Positions 26,611 to 38,801 of a DNA stretch of 64,000 nucleotides are shown piece after piece (the stretch's first letter is position 1; each line of letters begins with the position of its first letter). The DNA is from Tubulanus polymorphus. Taxonomy: Eukaryota; Animalia; Nemertea. The notes beneath the pieces are model-generated. The model searched no databases. It saw only the letters and a program-made list of their open reading frames with translations, and was not told the DNA's origin. The stretch covers positions 10,428,962 through 10,492,961 of the forward strand of contig NC_134034.1 of the NCBI RefSeq assembly GCF_964204645.1, in the 5' to 3' direction. The translations under genes were made by a program, and so were the position numbers.

Positions 26611-28435
26611 GGAGTATTTTCAGGGGTGAATCTAGGTCTGATTCAGGGACTGGGAAACAACCCTAGATAGGATAATTAAAAGGGCACCCCGAAAGGAAGC
26701 TATTCGGAAAACGTTATAACTCAATTATAGCCTATGAATTTAGATTTTTTTATCGGTTTAATATTTTGAATTTATCCATACAATTTCAGGGCAATCTGAT
26801 TTTGTCTTTGGTTTGGGCATTCTGGGCATTCGGTCTTTCTGGGCAGTCCTAGTTTGTTTCATAATCTGGACTTGTCGTACACTAATTGGCGGTAGTTTTA
26901 GCGGAACAAATTTGGTGAACTCCTGTAGGTCCCGTAGGTCCTTGAGAGGTCTAGTCTGGTACGAATACAGTATATGAAAAGGAAATCGTGATTATGGTAA
27001 CATGTCGCCTCGCCTACTCGACGCATGACCGGAAATACTTTTCGCTCGATTAGATAATCGGTAACCCGGACAACCGAGATGACGCGCGCAACAAACCATC
27101 CAGAGAAAAACGACTTTACAAAAAGATATAAGAAAAAATAGAGAGATTCCGACTGTCAAGTCGCGGGGGTCTCTGATTGACAGGAGAGTCTGACGGGGAT
27201 GGCCAGATCAAATTATTAAGAAAGAAAAAAATACTGGCCAAGTTATGAAAAAAAAAACGAAATATATGTAGTCATAAACCAAATCAGCTTACCTAACAAA
27301 CTTGTCGAGTCGAATCGTTAGACCTGTTCTTTTTAAAAGAACTTAGATACCCAAACATTCCTCAAGCGTGATTACACCGTGACTAAACAGTTAAAGCTAA
27401 GAGGGCTCGTAGGGAAAATGAATAATCTATAGACGGAAAATTGCAATCAAACGCACAATCACCGAGCACTTCGAGCTTTCTATATTGAATTACGAAAGCT
27501 CGGCTCAGTCTCTGTGAATCCGCGACTGAAGATACATCTTTACACGGTGAGTCGACCTTCAACATGGCTGCGAGCCGACGCGATCATCGTCCCTACATGT
27601 TTTACCATAGACCGTTAAGTGTCTGATGTGCCGCAGACACTACTAACGCACGGCCGATTGGTTCGAAGACCTTTGGCCTAAAACCTACGTCATTGATTTA
27701 AATGACAATGAAATAATTAAAACGAAGAGAGATTATTTTAATAGAGAGAAATGCCTTATAGTCGAAGACGTGAATAACACCTTAATTACATCGATGACTG
27801 CATTGATACAAAAGGAATAGAAAACATGCATACAACTACGCCCTCTAATGACAAGTAATGTCGTTTTACACAAAATTATGACTACGGGTATACAATCGGT
27901 TCGTAGAGTCACTCTACGAACTTATGACGGAGATCACTGTGGATACAACCACTTCCGCAGGACTGGGCGAAACCGAATTAGAATTGAGCTTTTAAGTCGT
28001 CAAGTCGTTCTTATGTCATACTTTTGAGTGTCTTGAGCGAGATTGTGAGTGTGTTAGTGGTGTGAGGGATCTTACACTAGAGTAAAAGTCTTTTTGGCTT
28101 TTCTTCAATTTTTCGCATGAATCATCGCTACACTAGACTATCATGTAATAACTATCATGTTCTGTTATGATTTCTGTACCAATTATCAAAATGAAATCCT
28201 TGTACTTGTTCCGTAACGTTTTTATCATCATTTGTATTTTTAGGACCATCCCGCAGCCGGAATAACCATGTGAAAGAAAGTGCAAAGTTGAAGAACAGAA
28301 AACTAGCAAAATACGATCGAGGATCACTCAATTAAGTGGTCAGACTTGAACGAACTTTACCGAACAACTCCACTGATAGCGGTATTCGTCGATTTCGTTC
28401 TAACCCATCGAAGGATTAGAACACAATGAGGCAGG

Positions 28436-29105
28436 ATGCCTTACGGACCTCCAGATCAGAACGAAATCGCCGCCATGCAGCGACCGGAAGACGACATGTC
28501 CGACGCTTCCGGTATTGTGAGCCTCGTTCTCGAGGCGTTGATGGTGTTCGCGAATATTTTCCCGATAATGGTCGTGTGTCGATGGAAGAAACCACGTGAC
28601 CGCCTGTCGACCGACGAGATCATAGTTGCGTTGAGTATCGCCGATATCCTGTCGGTGATCGTGCCCACGCCGCTAGGGTTGATCTCGTTTTTCAGCCGAC
28701 GATGGTACGGCGGTTTCGAAACGTGCGCATTCTATCAGTTAACTCTAGCCTGGTTTCAACTGGCGTCGATGAGTCTGATCACCTACATGTGCATAGACCG
28801 TCTGCTGACCGTCAGACTGGCGCTCAGTCATCGCGTCGTACTACCCGGACCGTACAAAATCAAAATCATCATCTTGCTCATCTATCTGATCACGTTGTTT
28901 TTCGCGTGTATGCCCCTGATGGGTCTGGCGCCTAGACTACTGTCGAAGTCCGGGCGGGTCTGTCAATCTTGGATCGTAGCCACGCCCAGTATGTCGAAAG
29001 AACACACTTTTTATATCGTTTTTGTAACGTTAGGATTCGCTAATTTACTCGCTGTTATCTTTACCAACTTCAGAGTAATTTGGATTTTAAGACTGTTCAT
29101 TAAAG
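28436..29105 (+). CDS. class A (rhodopsin-like) GPCR, prostanoid-receptor-like, exon 1 of 4 (TM1-TM5); full CDS 1620 nt / 539 aa
   Basis: ATG with an in-frame upstream TGA. TM2 LSIAD, WYGGFETC into TM3, CIDRL (DRY variant), TM4 MPLMG, ECL2 Cys. Donor AAAG|gtaggt, phase 1. Confidence 0.9.
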
Positions 29106-30798
29106 GTAGGTACAACTCGAAGCCTTAAAAGGCCTTGGGGTCAGATGCATAGTGCTACGATCTGACCACCAGTCTAAGACTATCTAAGTTCTAGATTCCA
29201 AGCTAACAACTTAAGACCAGTCTTAGTAGTTGATGCTACTTTTGTGACTTCAGCCACGTCTGTACGACACTGGGCCTTATAGAACATGACTTCAGATCAT
29301 CAAGATCCACAGCCAGTCGCATTTCGAGTCGTACACATTGTAATTAATTTACATGACAGATACAAGTGATCTCTAAAAATCGTCATTTTGTTAAATTTTT
29401 GTAAGTTTTGTTTCAGAATATTACACGGTATAACACAGTATTACAAAATTAACAGCAATAACAAAATAAAATTGAATTAGAGTAAAATTGGAGAGAAAAA
29501 AATCAACATTATCAAAGTTCTTAATATAAACGTATGCGGGTTCTAGAATGAAATAGAATAGTTCATTTCTCTCCAAACATTGTACCATAGAGGTTACTTT
29601 GTCGAGTGACCTGCGCCCTCTATCGGGAAGTATATCGAACAACGATGACGTCACGTACGCCTGTTCCCCGTAATCGATCTTACCAAAAAGTACCGGAAAC
29701 GGAAGTAAATTCTGATTTATTTACCGAACGATTCCGTTATATCATCAATCCACGACGGCGATCCCCACGAGAGAATTGATACCGAATCGCTCAGAGTGCT
29801 CTGTAAAGGTTCGGCTCTCGTTTCATTCGTTCTCTCGTTCTCTCGCGCGAATCAACGTTATTTACACTTGCTTGCCGTGGCACGGGTTGAATATTTGCAT
29901 TCATCTCGATTTGCACTCGGCGAAGCGAGAAATGAAGTCAGTCAGTCGCTCGGAGAATATTCCATCTCGGCATTCAATGTAAACCGTGTAGATATATATA
30001 CACGATCATTTATACGCGAAATGGGGATATAAAAAGATGTACTTTACGAAACCGCGTGCACCGGCGACTGCGTTACGATCGATAGGTCGCAGGTTCGAGT
30101 CCCATAACTACGAAACTGGATGAAATACATCGGTACGCCAGACTGGCTCATTCATCCATGGTTGGGCAACGGTGCGGCGAGGATAAAATCTTGAAAAGGC
30201 GAGCTGGCGTGATCTAGCGTTCGGAAGATATTCACAACTGACAATGACTATAGTTTACGACTATAAGTTGATGACTAGTTAATCAAAGTAGCTGATCCTT
30301 CCTCGAGTTCTGAATCTCACAGAAACCGCATGAGAACATGTACCAGGATTCAGTTCCACAGTTGCGAGCTTTTGCAAGTTAAAATTCAAAGATTTTCACG
30401 AGTTAATCATAAGTCGAATCCTCGCTTAGGACCCGCTGTTCTACAGTTGTGAGTCAGAGCTAACTACTGAATTTAGTTTACTTTCATTGAGTTAACTCTG
30501 AGTTAAGATTAGGTCTTTTTCAATAAGTTACCTCATAGTTGAAATTATTTTATATTCATTGGGTTAACTGAATTGAAATTATTTCATTTTCAACGAGTTG
30601 AATCTGAATTGAAATAAGTTCATTGCGATGAGTTAAATCTGAGTCAAATCTCAACTGTGTGGAAGTGGATACAAAGTTGGAGTTGAAATAAGTCGATTTC
30701 GAGCGGGTAACCTCGGAGTCGAATCTCAGAACAACGCCGCGGAACTGATTTATCAAAGTTGAATAACCCTCGACAAACTTTGAAACCTCGCTACACTG

Positions 30799-30901
30799 TA
30801 CCCTCGCCTGCCAGGGGTCCGGTAACGCTCTCGAACTCGCTTCAACCTTTTGGGGAACGGCTTTGGCTTAGTGAGTTCGAATCCCTTGACGGGTGAAGAT
30901 G
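30799..30901 (+). mobile_element. ~104-bp TIR element with decayed 9-bp TSD (GPCR intron 1)
   Basis: gctacactg|element|gctatattg; homologous to 34242-34345 and 40753-41077. Confidence 0.75.
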
Positions 30902-31256
30902 GCTATATTGAAGCCCCAGTAAAATCGCACTTAGCACGGGACACATTACATACAACTCTCATGGGTATAAAACTATAAAACATAAACGCGCATTTTAAGC
31001 ACGTAAAACATCCGGCGCTATGTATAACTAAGACGGGTTGCCGGGTTACCGTCTGCGCCACCAACTGCGGCACGTTTTCACTTTGTTTTCGATGTAACAA
31101 CCCATCAACGATTAATTGTTTCTGCGATCCAGCGAATGACGATCCGCTGATGTAGCCTTTGATGTCGTTGAATTCGTTAGTAACGAAATGAACTGCTCTT
31201 TTTCCTTTTTTTTCTAAATTTCATTCTCCTTCTTCGTTTCGTTTTTTTTTTTTTAG

Positions 31257-31390
31257 GAATTGAAATGCCTGGGGAGAAAAGTAGCATGAAAATCTCGAGC
31301 GTTTCGGTCGATAGGAAAACTGTTGTTGACTGCACGAAAATGGTCATAACGATAACAGTTGTAGCCTATCTAGCCTGGCTTCCAGCTTTA
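31257..31390 (+). CDS. GPCR exon 2 (ICL3-TM6)
   Basis: Poly-T acceptor ttttag|GA; encodes ...TKMVITITVVAYLAWLPAL; donor |gtaagt. Confidence 0.9.
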
Positions 31391-31953
31391 GTAAGTAATT
31401 CTATTCTGGGTTTGAATAACGTATAACAAATGATGCGTGGTATCGAATATTCCAATGAAACATTTGTAGCCGAATTAAACCCAACGGAATTTTTTTTCAA
31501 AAATGGTTAAGGCACTTAATGAACTAAACGCATTTGCCCCACAAAAAAGTAAGAATTGGTCCCTCAGAATAGACAAGAACAGACACGATATGATGGACCC
31601 TTGGTAAACACCCTCTCCTTATTGGTTCGGAACGGCATGAGAGGACAATAAAATTTCTGGACCCCCTTCACTTCGTCAGACAGAGTACTCATAGACCCCC
31701 TGCTGAAAATGAGTACTCATATCCCCCCTGCTTAACCCCCTCCCCTCACAGCTGAGATAGGAGAGCAGCGAGTAGAACAGACACATTGGTTCTAAGTGAA
31801 CCACTCTCCTCACAGCTGTGGTTCTGAGAGCATGTAGTTAGTAAAACAGGTACAATAGGCTATTGGTGAACCTCCTCTAGCGCAGCATAGCCGGGTACAC
31901 TTTTGAAATATGCCTGGAAACGTATAATTTGTGGAATATTCGGCTTTTTGCAG

Positions 31954-32167
31954 GTGATGATTCTACTGCTGAGGTTACCAGTACAAGGAGAGATCTCAAT
32001 CCCAGCCGTCCTCTACGCTATGTCCAGTACGACCTTGACCGGTCTGTTCAACCCGATCATTTACGGCATTTTCTCCGCCTCGTATCGTAACGGTTATCGA
32101 GGGGTCGTCCGAAGTTTCTTCCATCTTCTCTGCGGATGTCGTCGCGAGGACTTCGACATGATCGACG
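31954..32167 (+). CDS. GPCR exon 3 (TM7, helix 8)
   Basis: tttttgcag|GTG; LFNPIIYGIFSASYRNGY, LCGC; donor G|gtgagt. Confidence 0.9.
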
Positions 32168-32299
32168 GTGAGTGTATGCCGCGCCTGTTATCGGCATCCT
32201 CGCTAACCAGCGTTTGATTGCCGATTTCTTTCGCGGACAGGTTCCCACTCAGCGCCCACCAGTCTATATGTCTAGCCAATCAGATGCTGTGGAATTTAT

Positions 32300-32690
32300 A
32301 GAATAGGATAGGATAGGATAGGATTGTAAATTTCTATTGCGCCTTGTAAATAGCAGGACTATTATCAAAGGCGCTCTCCAGACGAAGATGATGACTTGAA
32401 CAGAAATGTCTTGAGCTGTGCTTTGAATGCTGGCAGAGAGTCAATATCACGGAGAGGTTGCGGAAGGGTTAGAAGTTTATAGAGCAAACTTGCCGGTAAA
32501 AACAATGGGCTGATTGACTATGAATATAGACTGGTGGGTGCTGAGCGTTAACCTGTCTGCCCAAGAAATTTTGATAGAATCCGATAGAATATAAAGTCCC
32601 CTCAATGTTTCTCTCAATCCTCCCAAGCCTTGAAATGAACCCGCTAAACCTGGCTTCACCAAGAACCTTAGTGTCTGGTGGGTACACTAG
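32300..32690 (-). mobile_element. L2-type LINE 3' fragment in GPCR intron 3
   Basis: LPQPLRDIDSLPAFKAQLKTFLFK, an L2-like gagcgcc...gcgcaatagaaat 3' stem and an (ATCCT)n tail. Confidence 0.75.
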
Positions 32691-32817
32691 GATCGCAGAG
32701 CGACGGAGATCACTGTGGAGACAGCCACACTACAGGACTGAACTTCTGGCCTGAATATATCCGCTAACTGTAAAGCTGTTATGAAGTGTATTATGAGGCT
32801 TCGAAATATCATTTCAG

Positions 32818-33419
32818 ATGTTACAACTCGCGCCAGGCGAATGAGATCCGCCGAAAATACGAGTGTAAGCAGTCGGTCGCTAGGTGGCGTTATGAGTCCA
32901 TCCGGTACACTGACGTCTAGCAGCAGCGCACACGTGCGCGAAATCCTATTGGTCGACGATCAGCAGGACGAGTATCAACCGGTAGCCAATCAGATGATGA
33001 GCTTCAACAGTCAGTACAGCTCGCTGTACGCCGCTAACGGGCGAAATGCCGGATCGTTTCAAAATAAACCGAAAATATCAGGCGGCGGTGTACACGTTGA
33101 AAGCGCAATCGAGGAAGAAGCACAGGATTCGGTGGAGAATTCGCCCCTGACGCCGAGGCGATTCGCAAAATTCAGCAAATTTCAACACTACATATTCAGC
33201 CAGAAGCGTTCCAAGTACAACAATGCGAATAATAGACGGCGCCACCATCGAGAGATCGAGTCGAATTCGAGTCTGTTGACGTGTACGTCAGACGATGACG
33301 AGGCTAGCGATGATATGAGTTACGATAGCGACGGCGTAGACGGCTGTACCGACAAAAAACCGAATCGTAACGGAAAATTTTCTAGCGACAATATTCAAAT
33401 AGAAGAGAGCGAAATATGA
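32818..33419 (+). CDS. GPCR exon 4 (long Ser/acidic cytoplasmic tail)
   Basis: atttcag|AT matches phase 1; open to TGA at 33417-33419. Candidate poly(A) signal ATTAAA at 34104 is followed by a GT-rich tract. Confidence 0.82.
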
Positions 33420-33549
33420 CGCGGCCTCGTGGAATGGAGACCTCCAAACCAGAGTTGTGAATCCCGAGGTGGGTTCCCGGGGTTCGAACTCAAAGTTGTG
33501 TTGGTTAAATCTGATTCTGTTCCCAGTTCCGAAGTTATGTCTGGTTGCA

Positions 33550-33827
33550 ATTTGAGCCCGGACCCAGTTCCACAGTTGTGTGGGTTTAATATTGCTCTGC
33601 CCCAGTTTTACAGTTGTGTGGGCTTAGTTTTACCCCGAACCCAGTTCTACAGTTGTGTGGGGTTAATTTGACTGTGAACCCAGTTCCTCAGTTGTGTAGT
33701 TTTGATTTGGCTCTGGAACCAGTTCCACAGTTGTGTGGGTCTAATTTGACTCTGGATCCAGTTCCACAGTTGTGTAGTTGTGATTTGGCTCTGGAACCAG
33801 TTCCACAGTTGTGTGGGTTTAATTTGT
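33550..33827 (+). repeat. 39-bp minisatellite in the GPCR 3' UTR
   Basis: About 7 units of ccagttccacagttgtgtgggtttaatttgactctgga. Confidence 0.85.
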
Positions 33828-34205
33828 AACGTGTAACAATGTTTTCTCGTCCCCCGCCCCCATAGTGTTTAAGAAAAGTATTTTTTTGAAATAACGAGAA
33901 TAACGCCAAGGAACTTGTCTTACATTCGCCTGCGTTTTTCGTCATTTTCGTGTGGTGACGTAGAACGTACATTTACATGACGTATCGTCGTTGTACACTA
34001 AATACGGATCTGTGTACTGTAAACTCGATGTACTGTAAATAACGTGTGTTTGGGTAGAATGAATTTATACGAATCTTTTAGAGATAAGGAATAACACTTA
34101 AAAATTAAATATAATCAAAATTGTGTTCTTTTTCTTTCATTCAATTCGCTTTTTTATTCGTTTTCGTTCAAAATGTGCACGTGCTTCCCAAACTTAAGGC
34201 AAAAT

Positions 34206-34585
34206 CGAAATCACCGCCGGCAGACGACGCACTGTGAACCGTATCTTCACCCGCCAAGGGATTCGAACCCACTACGCTAAAGCTGTTCCCCGGACTGGTG
34301 GAAGCGAGTTCGGGAGTGATACCGGACCCCTGGCAAGCGAGGACGTGTGAACCGTTAAATTGGAAAAATTAAACGAATGCCTCGGTGCGGGTCATGACGT
34401 GTCGGAGATTATTCGACCGAATATCAGAAATCATTTAGAATTTGCCTCGTAATGCTCGACCTCTCTGCAGCGACCGATTCATCTATGACAAAGCCAAACG
34501 GATTTGTAACATGAACGCGACTCCTATTTTGCATGAAAGTGATATGCGCAAGGCCCGTCTTCACTCTGCAGAAGGTTAGCAATAA
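34206..34585 (+). pseudogene. pseudogene copy of the PAN-like gene at 36460
   Basis: High nucleotide similarity to 36515-36790. It lacks the signal-peptide region, is interrupted by a 104-bp element and has a premature TAA (FAS*) plus indels. Homology continues into the 3' flank to ~34800. Confidence 0.88.
34242..34345 (-). mobile_element. ~104-bp TIR element with perfect 9-bp TSD
   Basis: tgtgaaccg at 34233-34241 and 34346-34354. The empty site is visible in the paralogous gene (cgcgaaccg). Confidence 0.9.
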
Positions 34586-35455
34586 CGATGGATTAAACTA
34601 TAAACATCAAATTCCTTTTTCTGTTTGGGTGCTTAAATTGTCAATTCAAAGTATATCTCATTAAGTGGTGAGTATCATACGTAAAGCAGAGTTTTTTTTA
34701 TTCTCACTCACTTGGTTGTGTTCGTTTTCGTCCGTAACGAACTGCTATGGGTATCGCCTGGCACGAGTATTCCAGAGAAGCGTACACATTCGATTCGCTG
34801 TGCAATTTTTAATTTCAGTATTATTGATTTCACGGAAAAGAGCGGAACAATTAAAATCAGAAACAAAATTTCAAAAACATTAACAACAAATTTACAAAAA
34901 TTTTGTAGCGCGCTTGTCCGCGTGGGCTTTGCAAAGCCTTGTAGGCCGCTAGCACAGACACCTAATTAAAGAGAAAGGGTTAAGAAAGAGGTGACAGGAG
35001 AGAAAATGAAAAAATAGATGAGCTCGTTTCCACGCCCACACAACCCAGGGCGCAGTTCCTTCATTGGTTTATTACACCACCACCAAAGATTTCTTCGGCG
35101 AGCAGATTGCCACTCGGCGGCCACCAGGCATTTCCGGTGTAGCTATCAAAGTTAAAAGTAGTGACAACAATACATCTGGAAAAAGGAGGCCTACTGCAAA
35201 GGGTTAATATTTTTTAAAAAAACAGAAAGAGCCTAGATACTAATTAGGGATGAGTGATTTTCTTAATCTATGTCGTGTGGCTTTATTTCAATTCTGATTG
35301 CATAATAGAAAAAAAAACCCAGTACCTTCTGGGTTGACTTTAAAAAAAAAAGCTAAATGGTGACGTCACTGCACCGTTTCTATGAAACAGTAAGGCAGGC
35401 AAAGAGAGACACCTTTGACGGGTGTAGTCATCATATTTCTCGATAACGGACAAAA

Positions 35456-35842
35456 ATGGCGCATATTTTGTATAACTCGTATTTCGTCTTATCGATGATC
35501 GTCTTGTTCGGCTACAACGGCCGGGGAATTTTCGGCAAACTGGTTTTAACGGAGAGCGACTTCACACGTGGGTATGTGACGAACAAATTCGTGTACGCCG
35601 GCACTTGCCAATCGACCATCACCGGGTTGCTGACGGTTATACCCGCAGTGAGAAGCCACGTAGAGTGCGCTAAATTCTGCGTTCAACTAGGCGAACGTTG
35701 CCGATACAAACTCTACAATCCGGTCGATAAGAGGTGTAGGATAATCTCGCCAGATGGCGTTAGTCAAAATTGTCAAGGCGTCATTTCCGTTTCCGGTAAA
35801 CGCCTGTATGTGAAGATTGACAATCGAGGATTATCTAGTTAA
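35456..35842 (+). CDS. small secreted 6-Cys PAN/apple-like protein 1 (128 aa)
   Basis: aaaaATGg context, hydrophobic N-terminus, VRSHVECAKFCx6CRYKLYNPVDKRC motif, six Cys. Confidence 0.8.
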   Translation: MAHILYNSYFVLSMIVLFGYNGRGIFGKLVLTESDFTRGYVTNKFVYAGTCQSTITGLLTVIPAVRSHVECAKFCVQLGERCRYKLYNPVDKRCRIISPDGVSQNCQGVISVSGKRLYVKIDNRGLSS

Positions 35843-36459
35843 TGATCACAACGAACTATAGGTGGCACTAGAGTAACTGATCCGTTTTCGTTGAACGTTG
35901 GAATTGCAAATGGCCAAGGAATAAACTATTCGCAATTTAAGGAATATCAAGATATCAAAAATATCAAGACAAAACAACCATAACAAAGTGATAAAATGTG
36001 ATAAATCTATACTGGATCCCCAAGAAATGAAGTTATAGCGGCACCACCTACACCTGCGGAATAAACTGGCACCACCTACCGACGAAATGAACTAGTTATA
36101 ATAGAACTCTGGCACCACCTACCCACGAAATGAAACCTACAACTGTAACCTCTCGGTTATGATCGTCTCTCCATAGAAGATGAAGAAAATCCTGGTATTG
36201 CATTTTTCATTATTAATGAAATTATGATGTCTGTGTCTTCAGGGGCTCAATTCAAGCGGCAGGATTATCAAAACAAACTAATCAAGTATTCCCACGGTGG
36301 AAAATGCGTAAAGATATCAGTAAGACGCTCGCTTCAAAGCATAACGGAGTTTTTTATGATAAACAGAACACTCGAGATTTTGAAAAAGAAAATCTACCCT
36401 TTCAGATTGGAAGGGTTTTCGACACACGACGGACGGTGTGGTGAACCAGATACAAAAGG

Positions 36460-36792
36460 ATGTTGCTCGGTGTCGCGCTAGTCGTGTGCGCCACGTTCGC
36501 ACACAGTTCATCTACGAAATCACCGCCAGCAGACGGCGCATCGCGAACCGATAAATTCGAAAAATTAAGCGAATGCCTCGGTCCGGGTCATGACGTGTCG
36601 AAGATTATTCGACCGAATATCAGAAGTCGTTTAGAATGTGCCGCGCAATGCTCGAAACTGCCCTCTCTCTGCGACCGATTCATCTACGACAAAGCCAAAC
36701 GGATTTGTAACATGTACCGACCGGATGTCGGTATGAACGTGATATGCGTTCCGCTCGTCTCTGTTCTGAAGAAAGTTGGCACGACTAGATGA
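36460..36792 (+). CDS. small secreted 6-Cys PAN/apple-like protein 2 (110 aa)
   Basis: Signal peptide MLLGVALVVCATFAHS; IRSRLECAAQCx6CDRFIYDKAKRIC; upstream acceptor ccctttcag at 36405; has a pseudogene paralog. Confidence 0.85.
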   Translation: MLLGVALVVCATFAHSSSTKSPPADGASRTDKFEKLSECLGPGHDVSKIIRPNIRSRLECAAQCSKLPSLCDRFIYDKAKRICNMYRPDVGMNVICVPLVSVLKKVGTTR

Positions 36793-37834
36793 ATCGAACT
36801 ATCGAAATTGTATTACTATCATAATCACTGATCAAATCTTTTCCCGCTGTTTGAGCGTGTTTTTCAATTCGAAGTTAGATACGTCGTTTATCTCATTAAA
36901 ATGGTAAGTTTCATACGTAAAGCAGGTTTTTGTTTTCTCTGTTGATGTTTGTTCGATTTTTGCGATGGGAATCCCCTAGCATGAGTACAGGTATTCCAAA
37001 AGCCTTTTGCTTTAACCCAAAAATGCTGAATCGTAGAAATTACGTTGCGTCGAAACGCCGCCCCGCTGGTCACGTGATCAAGTAACCAAGACGACGACCA
37101 GCTAATTTACATAACAATTGCACCTCCGCCGTTTTCAATTTCACCATTATATTTAAATGTTGTATGACGTACTCGGGCTAGCGTGTAGGAACTAATCCTA
37201 ATTAGCTATGTTCAAACTAGTAAGCCCGAAGGAATGCTGTAGACAAAAGGAGATCTTATTAGGATATGATTTTTAATGAATATGACACATGAGCTGTGTT
37301 CCAACTAGCCCGAGGGGTTGAGACACAAAAACGACCCATTACAAGGACATAATCTTTCATGAAGATTTAACATGATGTGCGTTCAACTAAAAAGGGATGT
37401 TTCAGAGAATTGGCGTAAAGGCAATTCTGCGGATAAATACCAAAGATGAGCTATCGATCCGCCAGGTGTCACACTAGTGGTTATTTGTTTTGCATTTGCA
37501 CTCATCACTATCAACTAATCGACTAATTTGATCATTTTCGGATTTGGAAGCCTTAAAATCGAGTTCAAATTTCGTTAAAAATGAACTGATTTTCACTCCG
37601 AATGAACCGGGGTGTTGTTGCACCATCTTCTGGTGGTGCCGGTATCCCATTCAACGGAAACTCCCGAAAGAAAACTCATCGGAAAACTTTAAAGCTTTTG
37701 AATTTAAACTTTCTTTATGTATCAATTTTAATATTTTTCATTTTCCCGTGGAATTTCAGGGCAACTTGCCATTTTTGGGGTAAAACGCCCCCTGCACTCT
37801 CCCCTTGGTTCGCCCTGCCTACTATGGTTAAAGG

Positions 37835-38045
37835 GGATTCCACTTGTTGCGAGTGAGGATCCACCAGGTGTCGCTAGTGTACAGTAGGACATCGACTACT
37901 GCGGCAGTAAGGGATTTAAGTGAGGATCCACCAGGTGTCGCTTGTGTACAGTAGGACATCGACTACTGCGACAATAGATGATTCCATTTATGGCAAGTGA
38001 GGATCCACCAGGTGTCACTAATGTGCGGTAGGACATCGACTCAAA
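37835..38045 (+). repeat. three ~70-bp tandem units each carrying a CTCF-like CCACCAGGTGTCGC
   Basis: gtgaggatccaccaggtgtc at ~37853, ~37920 and ~37997. Confidence 0.75.
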
Positions 38046-38483
38046 CTGCGCTTACAGATGATTCATCTTGAAATTCATGAAGATAAGCGATACCGACATC
38101 ACTGGCGCGTTATCGTACAGACTATACGGAACTGGCTAAAGATAAAACGACTGAAGATCATTTGTCACTGACGCGAACCAGCAGAATTTACATCTTTTAT
38201 ATGAACAGCACCGTTTCGAATTTCTATATTTGGTTTCAAACGGTATTGGTTAGAAATACAGGACTCGAGGGTTACGTGTAGGAATTAATCCCGATTAGTG
38301 CTTCGTTTAACTGGTCCCCGAGGTATTAAGAATCTGACGCGTAAACCAATTCGGAAAGTCTCTTTTTTATGCAGCGAAATAAAAGAACCGAAAAATACGC
38401 GAAGGAAGAAGATATAAAACGATTAGGGAAGAGTTAAATCGTCATTGTATCGTGTATCTGCAGTCGCCTAAGATCGTCAAAAA

Positions 38484-38801
38484 ATGATGCGTTTTTGGAA
38501 TGTGTATATCGTTCTGTCGGCTGTGAGTCAGATTGTGATAGGCCTGAAGTCTGGCGACGGTGGGTTCGCCGAGGCCAGGTACAGCTTTACGTACACGTGT
38601 AGACGTGCTACTGACGGCAAACTGTTGAAGGTTGTACACGATGTTAGAAGCCGCCTCGAATGCGCTCATTTGTGCACTCAGCAAGGTGTAAGATGCCAAT
38701 ATATGGATTATAGTTCCACCCGTGGAAGTGATTGTATGTTTTACTCGCCAGGTGGCGCGAGTCGATATTGCAAATCGGGAAGCCAGTACTATCGAGAATA
38801 A
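38484..38801 (+). CDS. small secreted 6-Cys PAN/apple-like protein 3 (105 aa)
   Basis: Signal peptide; VRSRLECAHLCx6CQYMDYSSTRGSDC; upstream acceptor ttttttatgcag at 38374. Confidence 0.82.
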   Translation: MMRFWNVYIVLSAVSQIVIGLKSGDGGFAEARYSFTYTCRRATDGKLLKVVHDVRSRLECAHLCTQQGVRCQYMDYSSTRGSDCMFYSPGGASRYCKSGSQYYRE

